A stretch of 58,174 nt of DNA, counting the filler, from Sphacelaria rigidula (lineage: Eukaryota), in NCBI GenBank assembly GCA_964200075.2. It is 7 parts of 7 records of this genome, joined end to end, with 100 filler letters (N's around TTAATTAATTAA, not from the genome) between each part and the next. Parts side by side here need not be neighbours in the genome. Positions count along the whole stretch, not along the records: positions 16,653 to 24,877 come from CAXNAA020011857.1; positions 24,978 to 33,202 come from CAXNAA020011858.1; positions 33,303 to 41,526 come from CAXNAA020011859.1; 4 more parts are not named here. One strand, given 5' to 3'. Made by a program: the position numbers and the translations under genes. Below the pieces are notes generated by a model. It ran no database searches. It saw nothing but the letters and a program-made list of their open reading frames with translations, and was not told the DNA's origin. Shown here piece by piece: positions 23,779 to 36,800 of the stretch (positions are counted from its first letter, which is position 1; every line of letters begins with the position of its first letter).

Positions 23779-26438
23779 GGAGGCGAACCACGCCATCGAA
23801 GAAAGCGCATGCACCTTTGTTTCCTAAAGCAACAAATAAATAATCGAAAACGTGCATGGAATCCGTACAAGGATGGAATTAATATAAACCCTCTTCTGCG
23901 TCATTTGAAGATAGTCCTGGGACGCGTTGAATGCTTTTCGCTGAAATCTTTGTTGGCGGCATGGTGGAGAGGAGACGCTACTGGATAATAATCCTGTGCG
24001 AACAACGTTGTAACCGATCCTTAGTGTGACAGTCACTATAATAATAGGTCCAGATGGGCTCTTTTTGTATCCATCACCGAAGAGATCAGCTTCGAAAATG
24101 AGGTTGAACAATAAAATTTGTTTCAACTCCGAAAACGTTCTTTTCCGAACCTGAAGTCATGACAAACGACTTTCATTCTAGCGACCTCATGCCCCCCGAC
24201 CTCCCTCGATTGTTACTGGACTTTCCTGCCTTCCGTTCCTCTATAGGTGGGGTATATAAAGTAAAATAATAAAATCAGACCTAAAAGCAAGCCACACAGA
24301 CGCGATACAACAGGAATAAATATTCAAACAAACGAGCAAATAAAATATCAGAAAAAAAAAGGAAATAGGAAGGGAAAAGGAATGCTGCTATCCCTCCAAG
24401 TTCCGACGCCGTATGCGACCATTCGGGCTACCGGAGGCAGGACCCACTGGTCCACTCAACATGCGAGGCCGAACAGGAACGGAGCCAACTCGAGAGCCAC
24501 GGTCACCATATATTATATATTTGTACAAATAAATCGAGAGTGTTCACCATATAAGATGGTGTAAAAATGGCGGGTGATTTCTGCTGATTATCATGTTCTG
24601 AACCAAAGGCTATGACATTACACATAGGCAGTGCACTTTTTTCTGCTCCGATTGTCCGATACTAAAATATATATGAAAAATAATAAAAAAATAAATCGTC
24701 TGTGACCCACAGACGGTGCAGTTGGATATATATATATATACACACACAAAATGGATACATAGGTAGTGACTTGTTTCTGTTCCGATTGTGTCCTATACAA
24801 AAATATATATGAAGAGTCATCCTACGATAGGGGGGGCGGTATTTGGTTGCACGAAAAAAGAGGCTCATAAGTGTATCNNNNNNNNNNNNNNNNNNNNNNN
24901 NNNNNNNNNNNNNNNNNNNNNTTAATTAATTAANNNNNNNNNNNNNNNNNNNNNNNNNNNNNNNNNNNNNNNNNNNNGCTTTGTAGGGATGCGAGGTCAA
25001 TGGTCTGATGACTATGGCATGTATGATTATGAGTACACCCTCTCCTCAATCGTATCCCAAAATCCCTGTTCCTCATCAGAGCAAACACCTGCGCCGCGCT
25101 ACTGTATAATGAGGGTACACCGAATACTTCATTCCCTATTAGCAACGCGTCTCGATGGAGCACATTCGATATGGCGGTTACATTCGTGGCGCGTGCCTGC
25201 GAGGGGTCGATTGCAGCTCAAGATCTCACGGCAGAAGGTAACGCAACAGCGCGAACGAGGGTTGACTAGAAAGCAAGTAATACATTAATCGACCCAATGG
25301 GTTCAAAGCAAAGCGTTCCTGTCGAAGAAGTGAGCACGAAGATCGCAACGCGTTCGGCATAGCTATAGCCCCCCCCCCGAAAAAAAAGCTCTCGGTGATG
25401 ATCGAACCACTGACGCAAACCCCATATATTTTGCGCTGCACACTTGTGTCGTATGATTAACTTCACCGACGTATTGCGATAATGTCGTGGAACCCTATCG
25501 ATAGACGATCCTGAAAAAATGATGACCCGTATGACCGGAGCCCTGCGAGAGGTTCGGGAATCAGACCAGAAGAAATTTCAACGAGTGCGCATCACGAGTC
25601 GGACTCGTACTCATACTCGTTGGATCTATGTTACTGTTGTGCATCGCACCGAAAGTTTCGATACACCGTACCGAAATATCGACCAAATATCGTACCGAAA
25701 TTATTTCGATATGTCGATATCGAAGAGGATGACTGAAGGAACGCGGTCATGATGGCGAGGGTGCTTGAGCAGTTCAAAGACACGGTGGGCGGTGACAACC
25801 TCGACCTGGCGCAATTCTCCCATGGCCGTCTTGAACGCCCACATCGAGGGAGAGGTCACGGTGAAACAAAAACAATATCTGGATGCACACAGCATGCCAT
25901 AATCCCGCCAAGGTTTCAGGTGTTTGGAATATGAGTTGAGCTATTTTTAGCATTATGCCATCGTACATGGCAGATTCTTCACCTGCAAGCACTCGGCAAG
26001 CACACAAGTGGAAACCCAAAATAAAATATCTTGACGTAGAGATCCTCAACCAAGTGGTGGTTTTCTCAATGTATTAACGCGGCCATATATTCAAGTAAAA
26101 CTTATTTACAAGCTGGGCCAGCTGACAGTGATTTTGTAATGTTTCGAGTCAGGCGGTGCTCAATTTGAGTAGCTAGGCGCTGAATTTTTGACATAACGAT
26201 GTTTCATCGACATGCACAGCATCTCACAGGATGCCGAGAAAAAAAAAAGTAGGGTACTGTAGAGCGATTTGAAATTCCAGCAAAAACATGAAAAATGTCA
26301 TAGTTCTGTGAAAAAATATAAAACGGCGGCATCCCCAAAAATGTTGTGTGCACTTGCGTGCAGGAGATTCTGGTAAAATCTCGGCTAAAAACTTCTAAAA
26401 TTGGGCCCAGCCTGGCACTTCTTGTATTACACCGCTGC

Positions 26439-26506
26439 GCCCCGGTGGTCCAACTGATACACAAGTCTCCAATAACACAGGTCACGAGTTCGAATCCTGA
26501 CACGAC
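26439..26506 (+). promoter_or_regulatory. Degenerate tRNA-derived Pol III promoter (A box and B box); pseudo-tRNA or SINE head
   Basis: TGGTCCAACTGA at 26446 and GTTCGAATCC at 26488 with tRNA-like spacing; acceptor stem does not pair. Confidence 0.4.
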
Positions 26507-27436
26507 TGTATTTTCGCCATAATCTGGCAGATTTTTTTTCCAACTGTGGGAATGAACCATCACTATCGGAGATTCAATCGAGGGAAAACGTTGTATCCTA
26601 GTCGCAGTTGGATACTTGTCCCTATGCTCGTTGGATGTGACAATCGGCTCGGAAGTCATTTCCCATGATGGAGCTGCTGAAGAGCTTGATGCCATCTCGC
26701 AGCATTCCCAGCGCACTCTTGACTGTGCGTGTCGAAGGTGTTCTACGGATTCCGCCCCGATTGCTAAGAGCAAAAATTAGGACACGCTCTCACGTCACGA
26801 TATGAGACGCACCCGGTGCTCAATGCAGTATAATAACGCCATTGCCAAAACTGCGCCAGTCGACTAGCGGCGGAGCCGTGCGATACCGGCTTTGTCTGCA
26901 GTTCACAGCGATATGCTCAAGTCGAGCTAATTTGGGAAATTGGAGATGATGTTGTGTGATACGCGTCTGTATGCTTGACGCTTGGCCCAGCTCGTACCTT
27001 TTTAATTTATTACACTTTTTGCAAACATCTCGTCGAAAAGTAGATTCAACAATGCCAGGTTTCAGCAGCTCAATTTTGACCACTTTTGACGATAAATGAA
27101 ACCAAATGGCTGCAGTTTTTCTGCCTCTGGTGGCATCTACAGCGGGCCCCCCTCTCTAGCCGGGGCGGGGCGGGGGGGCGATCTAGCTCCCTCACTGTGC
27201 TCGCCTACTCGCCTGCGGCCCATTGATAGATGTATCGAGATCGCATCGATCTGGTTATGGTTCGGTATACAACACCAGTATGTGGTATCTTCACCGCGTT
27301 GACAGGCGTTCAAAGATAATATTCAAATATGAAAGATTGCAAATGTCCAACAACTGAGTTGAGAAAATAACGACGAATGAACGTCGATTTTCACTACTAA
27401 TTCGGAAAACTATGACGACTGAGTGTCGACTCCTAC

Positions 27437-27770
27437 GATTGATATGATTGATTGATTGACTGATCGATTGATCGATCGCTTGATGCTGATCCCCCAGGAG
27501 TCATGGTCCAGTCGTGGTCATTATACACATGATAGACGTACCCGAGATAAACAACAAGGAAACACTCGCTGAATAAAAGTGAGGAAAGCAGAATAGTGGT
27601 AAAACGGACAACGACTACCAACGAAAAACGACGATTACTTGGGTTACTACGAGCCCCACGAATCTTCACCCTTGGACCGCGAGCGGGGTCCGTGTGGATC
27701 ATGCATACTGCTTCCAAGTGAAATTGATGCCGATCCAGCAGATGACTTAGTCTTGCCGTTTAAGGGTTTC
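27437..27770 (-). mobile_element. Retroposon-like repeat with (AATC)n tail
   Basis: (GATT)n followed by cccccagg...gtcatggtccag...cgtggtca...actcgctgaa, also at 34565-34717. Segment 27668-27765 also matches 5833-5940. Confidence 0.6.
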
Positions 27771-28261
27771 TGTTGCGGTTGTTGGACACGTGAAACATAC
27801 ATGAAACATCGTGTATCCGTAGGTGGAAGTATCCAATGATTTCTCCGGTGCATGCCTAGCCTTTATTCGACAAAACGAAACTCGGGCGGACAGCGAGAGA
27901 GGGCCGATCTCGCTAGCACCAGAGTTGTTCGCCTCCTGAACACTGTTCCCATATTACAGCAAAGCAACAAAACTACACGGTGGTTGTCGCATGGACATTT
28001 TTTGTCAAACCCAGCCTACAAGTGCGGTGCGACATACTGACGACGCACGGCGGCCGCAGTCGATACGGCGACCGGTTGCGTCAGACTTCCCGAGTGACAC
28101 ATGTTTCCCTGCCTCAATACGCGACCGCAATAAAATAAGTAGTCACGGTAGAAGAGGTAGTCACAACTAGGCAACACCCGCGACATTCCACGAGACGTTT
28201 CGAAATGCTTTTCGGGGTACTGCAGTGTCCCCCTATTACGGTAGGGCGACCAGACGCTTAC

Positions 28262-28531
28262 CAGTGTTGAAACGTCGGTGGTGACCATCGAAACGGTCGC
28301 AAAACAGCCGCATGACGGCGAAGCATCACTGCCTCCAACCTCACTGCGGCGAGACCCTTTCCCTACAGCAGCAGCTCGCCCTCCATAAGATCCCTGTATC
28401 GCCCGAGAAAAGGCCACTGGTCCCCCCTCGTGCAACAAGAATGGAGCCGTCGGCCATACAAGAGTAGTCAGGCACAAGAGACTTGTGAAGGTTACCGTCG
28501 CCTGGCTGGCACGATGACTGTGTTTCCGCAT
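28262..28531 (-). CDS. Probable first exon of a plastid-targeted protein (bipartite leader)
   Basis: MRKHSHRASQATVTFTSLLCLTTLVWPTAP-FLL then an S/G/A/R-rich stretch; ends at CTG|GTAAGC in phase 0 (90 codons). Downstream exons not identified. Confidence 0.5.
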
Positions 28532-31491
28532 GTTATCGACACTCCCGCTGATTCCTCGTGATAGTCAAGCAAGTGTCGGGCTGTGTTGGTGCCTCGTGTT
28601 GTAGCGCTTCTGGTGACTATCTCGTGAATTCCCAGAATTCAAGATGATTGCTGTGATATCCACGCAATACAGCCAAGCGTGTGACAGAGGTCATTGCATC
28701 TATCCGTGTATCAAGGGGTGCGCGTCCGGAACGGGACTGTCCTCGTGAGACGACTTTAGGAGTAGATTCTTGGCGGAGGCTGTAAAATTCACCCGTAAGT
28801 TTCAGACCCGCGGTCAATACCTTGATTGATCTGAAAGGACTACACCGGACATCACATGGTGGCATGTGAAAGCTCAACACACGAATGGATATTGAAAAAA
28901 CACGTATTTTTCCTACAAAAACAAGTATGAACTAAAAATAACATATGAAGACCATAATGATGGATCAATAGGAAGGGAAATCTCCAATCAAATTTCAGTT
29001 CACCATAGGATGCAATCCACGAATAAATAATGGCTGGACACGTGTAAAATAGATGATGTCTGTAAATACGCGAGGCAAAGAGGAACGTGTGGCTGGCTTG
29101 GGGAGGATTGCCTTCGATCAGAGCAGCAGCTTGGCAGCCGCGGCAAGGTTAACGGGCTATCTCGACGTGTTAGCTGACCATGGTGAGTACATGGGATCGG
29201 TCAACAAGGCTTACAAATCGTTGTTCGTTGGTGGTTTATTGAGAACCTTTGCGTTTTCAGCGGTCGTTGAGAAACGGCGGCCACCTCGTCAGGTTGCCCG
29301 GTCTAGTAGGCACTGTCCACGGTGAACACTGGTTGCCCTGGAGAGCTGCATCGTGCCTGCTATCCACCTCGCTCTTGAAAGGGGTTGCAACGTATTATGA
29401 TGGCAAAGTGCCAGAACTAGCTTTAGACACCAAACACCATGGTACAGTACAGCATAGCAGGGGACAGCGGCATACTGCAGTACAAAACACCAGTCGTAAT
29501 GCAGCAGGACGTGTGGCACCGCAGTAGTCTACTCTGGTCACGCGCTAAAGTCACTTGAGAGTAGTCACTGCGACAACTGCTGGAGAATCTGTCAGTGTGC
29601 GTGAAGCATCACCGCAGTATGCAGGGCATCAAGTACTCGCGGTACCACCAATCCAGCTGACTGCGCGTAGCCGGTCTGTGTACTGCGTTACTAACACGAT
29701 TTCCATGGCAGAAGATGGTCAGTACGAAGCATCATGTTGCACCCCCATCGACCTTCCATGCGAGTAGCAGTTCGCTGGTAATCGTCTCGTTTGGCTGGTG
29801 CTACCAGGATTTCACTCCCTGTGGATAGCAGGATTCGCTCATGTAACGATGGTGAAGTGTGAAGTGTTTGTATAATGTCGTATTTCGTCCACACTGTTGG
29901 GATCTCGATGTCGTCACAGATGGCGTACTGTAAGTGACGGTGTATAACACCCCCTTTTTTTCGACTACGATGTTGCCTAGAACCAAGACGTTGTACTGTT
30001 GATGAATCTTTATTCAGCTGAGTCGCCGCTCTCCATGTCCGGTACAATCGAGGTCCAGAGATGTCGCACGGCATATAGTAACCGTAGTTCATGAATGTGC
30101 TAGCTCTCGAGCAGGCACCCATGCGTTACTAACAGTCATTCCGGGGAGTTTCATGATTCGGTTTCCTCGCCACACACCGCACGACTGAAGGAACGAGTAG
30201 CATTCCTCAAAAAGTCATTTCCTCCAATCTGCTTGGCTTCGTGGCTCTAATTTTCCCCCCGACAGAGTAGAACAAAGAAATTAGTTACAGACGGTCCGGA
30301 GTGTGGTAAACGCCTTGTCTGGCGTGTGCAGATCGTTAGATTCACATTCCCACATGATTACAGCTGTCGGTAGGTGACGCCCGTCATTATCATGGTTGCT
30401 CGAGGATGTCTGTAACTGTTGTGAGTCTGCCTCCCGGAAATTCTTTGGGGTCCTTTTGATAACTATTCGCGAAAATACTCATTGATGGGTAAATATTTCT
30501 GTATCACGATTCTTGGGTGGCCCCATTAATCATGGTAGGTGGGTAACTAGTTGAGAGTGCTGGAGGGTCTTACCTCCAAGCACCACTCAGCCACCTAAAT
30601 CCCAGAGCGCCCATGTGGATTGGGGTTGTCGGAAACGGTGTTGGCAGTATCGCGAGGCCACTTCTTTTAGACTGAACATTATTCTCTCGGATAACTGCTC
30701 CCGGGAACCCTCCATCACGGATGATTGGCGGAATACGGGCCTTGGCGGATTGGGCCTCCTCGGAAAGATGAGCTCTATTTTTCACGAGGATTGTAGCGCA
30801 CTTTTCCGATTGTTTATACGTCTAGTTTCACGTTTGACCGCGTTTGAAGTTATTACAGTTACCCCAAAAAACTTCGAGTTCTCGGGTGAAAGTACATTTT
30901 GGAAAAAGGCCATAGATTCGACTCGGAAACATTATCGTTTGCTCGCGGCATTCGGCAATATCGTTGAAAATCCTTGTACTCGCTAGGATGTCATGTCCTA
31001 ATCTCTCCATCTAATGTACAGGCTGTTTCGAAGAAAACAACCAAAAAAACCCACGAGTCGTTCACACGGGTGCTCTGATATATTCAACGAGGCTTTATGA
31101 ACAGGACTTCTGATTCTTTCTTCTCGCCAAATACTTTGGGTCCCGGGAGGGGGTGTCTGACAACTCCTCCTTCTACCCCAAATATCTGGCGGGAAAAAAC
31201 CGAAAGATGCCACCCGAACTGCCTTATTGGATATCCTAGAAGATCCGTGTGCAAAATTTCAAGGTCTAGCGCGAAAAACGGCGTGAAAAACTATCCCGAT
31301 TGCGCGTCAAGGTATACAATTTTACTCGGAATCTCCCGAATCATTCCATCATGGTATGCTACGGATGCTTTCCCCGCACGCTTGAGCTATACACGACTGT
31401 TTGGGATGGCTTGTGGAGTGACGCAGCGAAACTTTTCACAAACGTTCCACCTCGGGACGAGTCAAATTCTGAGTTTCAAAGCAATTAATAC

Positions 31492-31704
31492 CGGCTTTTA
31501 GGGGGTCTCCATGCTGGGCAACCGAGGTGTGTCCACCACTTGGCCGATGAAGAAATTTCTCGGAAACATATTCTTTCGAAACAACCCTAACCCCAACCCT
31601 AATCCTAACCGAAGGCACACCGAGACCTCAGGCGACGGGGGTGCCATGCGTTCCCTAGGCAAAGTGTGGCGCTGGTACACTTCGAACCAGCGCCACAGGC
31701 GCCG
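31492..31704. mobile_element. Small element with internal telomere-like repeats and a 3' hairpin
   Basis: aaccctaaccccaaccctaatcctaacc at 31583-31610; perfect 12-bp stem tgtggcgctggt/accagcgccaca at 31665-31697; ends GCCG. Left boundary uncertain. Confidence 0.45.
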
Positions 31705-33839
31705 AATTTGACGGAAATCGCGTTCTGCGCACGCGTGCAGCAGTTGGGGCTGTCAGCCCCTCTCTTGCCCCTTCTTGAAGGAAATTATTCCCTTCTTCAA
31801 AATCCCCTTTCCGAAAAATGACCGCTGATTGGTCGCCGCGATATCGCCCCCCTAAAAAAACCCCCTCAACGTGCACTGAAATCCCCTCCTCTGGGGAGAT
31901 TGCAGGAAGTGCATACACACTTGTTGAAATTCCTATTTGAAAAGGGCATTTCTCTGCACCTTGGAGAGGAACATATATGTAAATTATTGCTACATTGCGC
32001 CCTATAGATGTTTTTTAGTATTGAAATAGAAAGGTTTTCACGTGTTTGAAAAAAAAATGAGACCATCACCTAAATGGAAGTTGAATAACTAAACCTGAAA
32101 TTAAGGACTTGAACTAATAACGTCATTTAAATATATATAGTAATTAATATTGTAAAAACATGAGACTGTATAACAGAAACACGTTGCAAGGGGCACATGC
32201 AAAGGCCCACCAAACAACTCAGCACCATCAGAGCTATGCACGTTGTGCGTTTTTCAGAACTCATTAAAACATTATGATTTGTGGGAGATGCGCACAGCAC
32301 ACACTCACAAAACAGTCAGCAACGACATGTCTTTGACATGCACGCGGCCGCCATTCGTCCAATACAAAACATATTTCCATTTAAACAAAGACTGCCGTGT
32401 GTATATTAGCGAGGGCTAGCAGTGAAACTAATGCGCGCGGGAGGTAGGTGTCTGTGCGTGTTTTTTCGGGGCTGGGTGCGTATGTGATGTGTTGGCTTGT
32501 TGGGCCTTGCCTGCAGCATTACGCAGACCTTGGACTAACAACCATTTCCGGGCCCGCCGCATTTCTGAACCTGCGGAAGACCCGGGGCTCAATCTGTCCA
32601 AAAATGATTCACGATAGGACTCAGGATTGGTCATTATGGGGTCAATTCCCTCTCGAAAAGGGATGGTGAAAAAGGGGATAATGTCTTTGTTGAGATTCAA
32701 CGATCGTGTTGACGCTTGGGTCAAGCATAAAAATTCCGGGAAGGTCCTAATCGACCAATTGGTGAACACTCGGGGGGAAATCTGGAAGCCGGTAGAGAGC
32801 GGATAAACTTTGAAATATTTCTCGACGACTTTTTTCCATTCGCTGCACCCACATCTACCAAACTGCCAGGTTTAAGGAATTATGAAAAGAAAACATCCAG
32901 AGGCTGACTGGGCCCTCGATGCGTTTCGTCAGTGAAAACCCGACGACGCCAAAACCTCACTTCACCGTGATACCACGCTCGATCCCACACAAACCGTTTT
33001 CATATGTGTATTTCACGGTGAGGACAAATCATCACGACTCAAAATCACGAAAATCACGATGTATTCGGCCTGATCGCCCGAAAGGGAGAAGAAAGTTGAT
33101 AGCTGATCCAAGGGGTATCCATGTAACTTTTGCGCCATTCCACGTGTGTGGGCTGCGTGTACCTGGGCTGCAACGCTGAAATATAGCCTAGGGATTGATT
33201 CGNNNNNNNNNNNNNNNNNNNNNNNNNNNNNNNNNNNNNNNNNNNNTTAATTAATTAANNNNNNNNNNNNNNNNNNNNNNNNNNNNNNNNNNNNNNNNNN
33301 NNGACGGGCTGTCGGGATGCGGGTGGGTGGGCTGGGGGGTCGGGGGGGGGGCGTGGTGGGGTGGCCGGAGGGGGCTATCGTAAAAAGTGTCGTAGTCTAA
33401 AGAACGCCTCCGAGAAGCCCCCTGGGATATATTTCCCAGGCTTCTTGATATGGGGAGAACGTAAAAAAGCACTGCCGCTGGGAACAGTATGTATGTATGT
33501 ATTACTCGAAATTTTCATGTGGCGAAGAACGTTTCCGATGAAGAACGTTCCCCTATCGTCAAGCCAGATTTACCGCGTCCTCCTTGTTTTGTGTCTGTTT
33601 CGTTTCGTCAATGAACCGGCGCGGAGCCATTGTGGCCTCGTCGAAACAAGGTGTTGGAGTTGCGGGTGCGAAAGAGCCAATCAGAGAACGTCGTTCAAGA
33701 GTTGGGTCACTTTTACTTGCACATTTCATCTACCTTTCCATGTTGTTGCAAGACCTCGAGCTAGCAAGAGAACGAAAGGAAATAGACAAGGCCGAACACG
33801 TCCACAACGCTTTTGACGTCCGTCTTGTCGATGATTTAG

Positions 33840-36800
33840 AGCGAGATCGCCGAGGCGTCGAAGCAAGATGCTGCAGCTCGAGCCCTGAGGGCAGCCGGTA
33901 AACACGTTGACGTCAACACGGGGGATATGGGCAATGGCGATGAGGGGGCGTCGAAGAAGGAAAGGGAAAAGAAGTTGCATCGCATGACCAGGAAAAAACG
34001 CCGGCGTATCCTCGCTGAAGAGGCAGACAAGCGCGAAGAAGAAGCTGAGAAAGAGGAGCTGAGGGCGCAAGGTTTGTGTCCGTTGTGCCCTGTCTGGTTT
34101 GTTGTGGTCATGTCCTTTGACGGCGTACGTTTTTTTTTTACTTTTTGCTCTCGCTTAATGATTTGGTGCCGGTTGTCCTACGTTAGTTTCGAGTGTGTGG
34201 AAAACGAAGAACGTTCTTTATAAAAAATATCCCCCGTATATTGTAGTGAAGCATTTGTATTTCCTTCCACTCCCATGAAAAAAATGCCCCCGTTTTGACA
34301 GCGTTTTGGCTGTTTTTGACACCATACTGGTACACCTTCGGCACTGCACGGGAGTATGATGTACCCTGCTTGAGTACGTCGTGTTTCCTTTGTCTCGGAC
34401 AGGCAAACCTATTCCGCGGAATGTGTCATCGAAGGGGCTGGTGAAGCAGGCCAAGAAGGAGGCCAGGGCAACGGAAAAGAAGGCCGAGGACATGCCTCTA
34501 GCCAAGGTGAGGAAGGAGACGAAAAAGATGGCTGTACATACACATCGATATATTCATATCTATGGATGATTGATTGGTTGTCGCACTTAAGCTGACCCCC
34601 CCAGGTAGTCATGATCCAGCCGTGGTCACGTGATAGACGTGACCAAGAAAAAACAAAACTGAAATACTCGCTGAAGAAAAAATATGATGAAAGGTGGAAT
34701 AGAACAACATATTGGACTACGGTAGTGGGCGGTCCATCTCTTCAATTTTTGGCATTTTGTGATTTTTTCGTAATTGGTGATTTTCTGGGGCTTTATTCGC
34801 TCTCCACCGCTCATCATATCGGGGATCTGAAGATATTTGTATCCGCTCCACATTCCAAGAAGAAGAAATCATCTGTGCTCAATATTGAGTGACTTACGGG
34901 CTGACCGGTCATCGGGGGTCCTGCAACGTGTCATCCCCGATTCTTACTATCCTGTATTTTCGACCGATCGAGCCCGTCGTGATCATATTAGTCATCAAAT
35001 GTACAGTTTCATTATTTTTTAAATTTTGCCTACTCATTGCACCAGGGCCGAAAAACTATGTTTCACGGTCAAGAAAACCCTCCTGATGAACGGGGTATTT
35101 ACTCGTTTCGCCCGATAAAACCAACATACACTGACTTGGGCACTGTTTTTCGAGGATGCCCTGTTTTGTTGTACCAAAAATCTACCGACGCTGGCAATTT
35201 TGACTTCTATCGGGGAGTAGTACGCGAGGAAAATCCCAAAACACTCCTAAATAGTTAAACGCCCATTTCTGTGTATTATATTTCTCAATAATTTCATTTC
35301 GAAGTCGACAGTAGGATATTTGATTTGACGTCGACAAGCTGCGAGAGTGTTGATCTAAAATATGATATTGAGGTGCAGAGCAAGTGTGTCTAACCGGAGG
35401 GAAGAGTTGATGAATTTCGTGGTACTGCAAGGCGGACTCGTCAAGCAGAGGACGGCAGGTGAGGGTGTACTCAAGATCTTGTATGCCGTTGTCGTATGGC
35501 CATTGACTTCGCATTCCTCCCAAGCCGGGACGGAGCACGCCCAATTTTCACCAAGTGCGAAGCAGCGTGGTATCTTCGGCAAGTCGCATCAGGGGTGATA
35601 CGCATCCTGCTGAGATTGCTCGGCCCGAAGCGAACTAAGTATCTCGGATGTGGATGACAGCTTCGAATTACTTGCTTCGTTTTCTGGTTTTGCCACTTCC
35701 GTAGACAGCCACGGATTAACTTGCCCAGTGGATATCTCATCGTATGGACACTTGGTGGCAAGATCATCCCCCATGCGCGGAGTTGAGGTTTTCCCCCCCG
35801 TACAAAATGAGCTAACTTGGAACTTGGGCATTATGGTTACCGCGAGGAAACGCGAGCAAAAAAACAACCGGTAACCTGGTTGCCTAAAACAGCAAGTCCG
35901 CGGCGTATTGTACAGCGTCGTTATCAACTGACTCCAACCCTTGAAGGGATGGGGGCTCCAGAGGGACATATACGAAATGTCGTTTCATTGTTGCCTGTTA
36001 CCCTACTACTACCATGTGCGGCTGTTGCCGTCACTCAGTGGTGGAACAAGTGTGGGTTACCTCCGACAGATTTCGGTGATATGCTGCTGTCTGTGCAGGC
36101 AGGCTTACGCATGTTCATCGTCGATAAGGCATGGTTCTGACACTTGCGTGTCTTACCGCCAGCCCCGAGCTCAAGCCAAGGCATACCACCCCACACCGTG
36201 GACAATAGATGGCCATTAGTTCCAATATACACGAAATGTACTTCGTAAAGCATAGGTCTATTGTAATTATTGTCCGCAACTATCAACCATATATTACCCA
36301 GGGTGTGAGGCACACGGAGAAAACTCGGGCAGGGCGGAATACCGAGTGTGCGCTTTAGACAGGGGAGGGGTGCTTTTCGCATCCATGTGCTCTCGACGAT
36401 ATTGCACATTTTTAGCGGCTGTTTTTTTGCCTGCTTGTACTCGTAGAATTTACTAACCTATCCCCTCGCCCGTCCCCTCATTTCCGTGTCCATGTTGTTT
36501 CACATGATGAAGTTGCGGGGAGGAAAGCGGGAATTACAGGTCGGTCGTGGATCCGCATTTGACTTCGACCTGAACGCTAGGAAGGAGGCAGGCGGGAGTG
36601 ACGGCAAGGCTCGTGACGGGAAGGCAGGAGGGGGCAAGGGCGGGGGAGAGGCGGCCGCGAGCAGGTCATTCCTCGTTTTCCGGTCTTGCTTCATGAAACA
36701 TTTTTATTTTTCCATGCTTATCTGGCATGAGCTTGCTTGCTTGACTTCGTTCGGGGTCACTTGGGAGGGGGGCATGGGATCACTGAGCCAAGGTGTAAGA

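Noticed and set aside
26439-26510. Functional tRNA gene
   Set aside because: Acceptor and anticodon stems do not pair.
30200-31490. Transposase remnant
   Set aside because: Short ORFs on both strands without DDE or other recognisable motifs.
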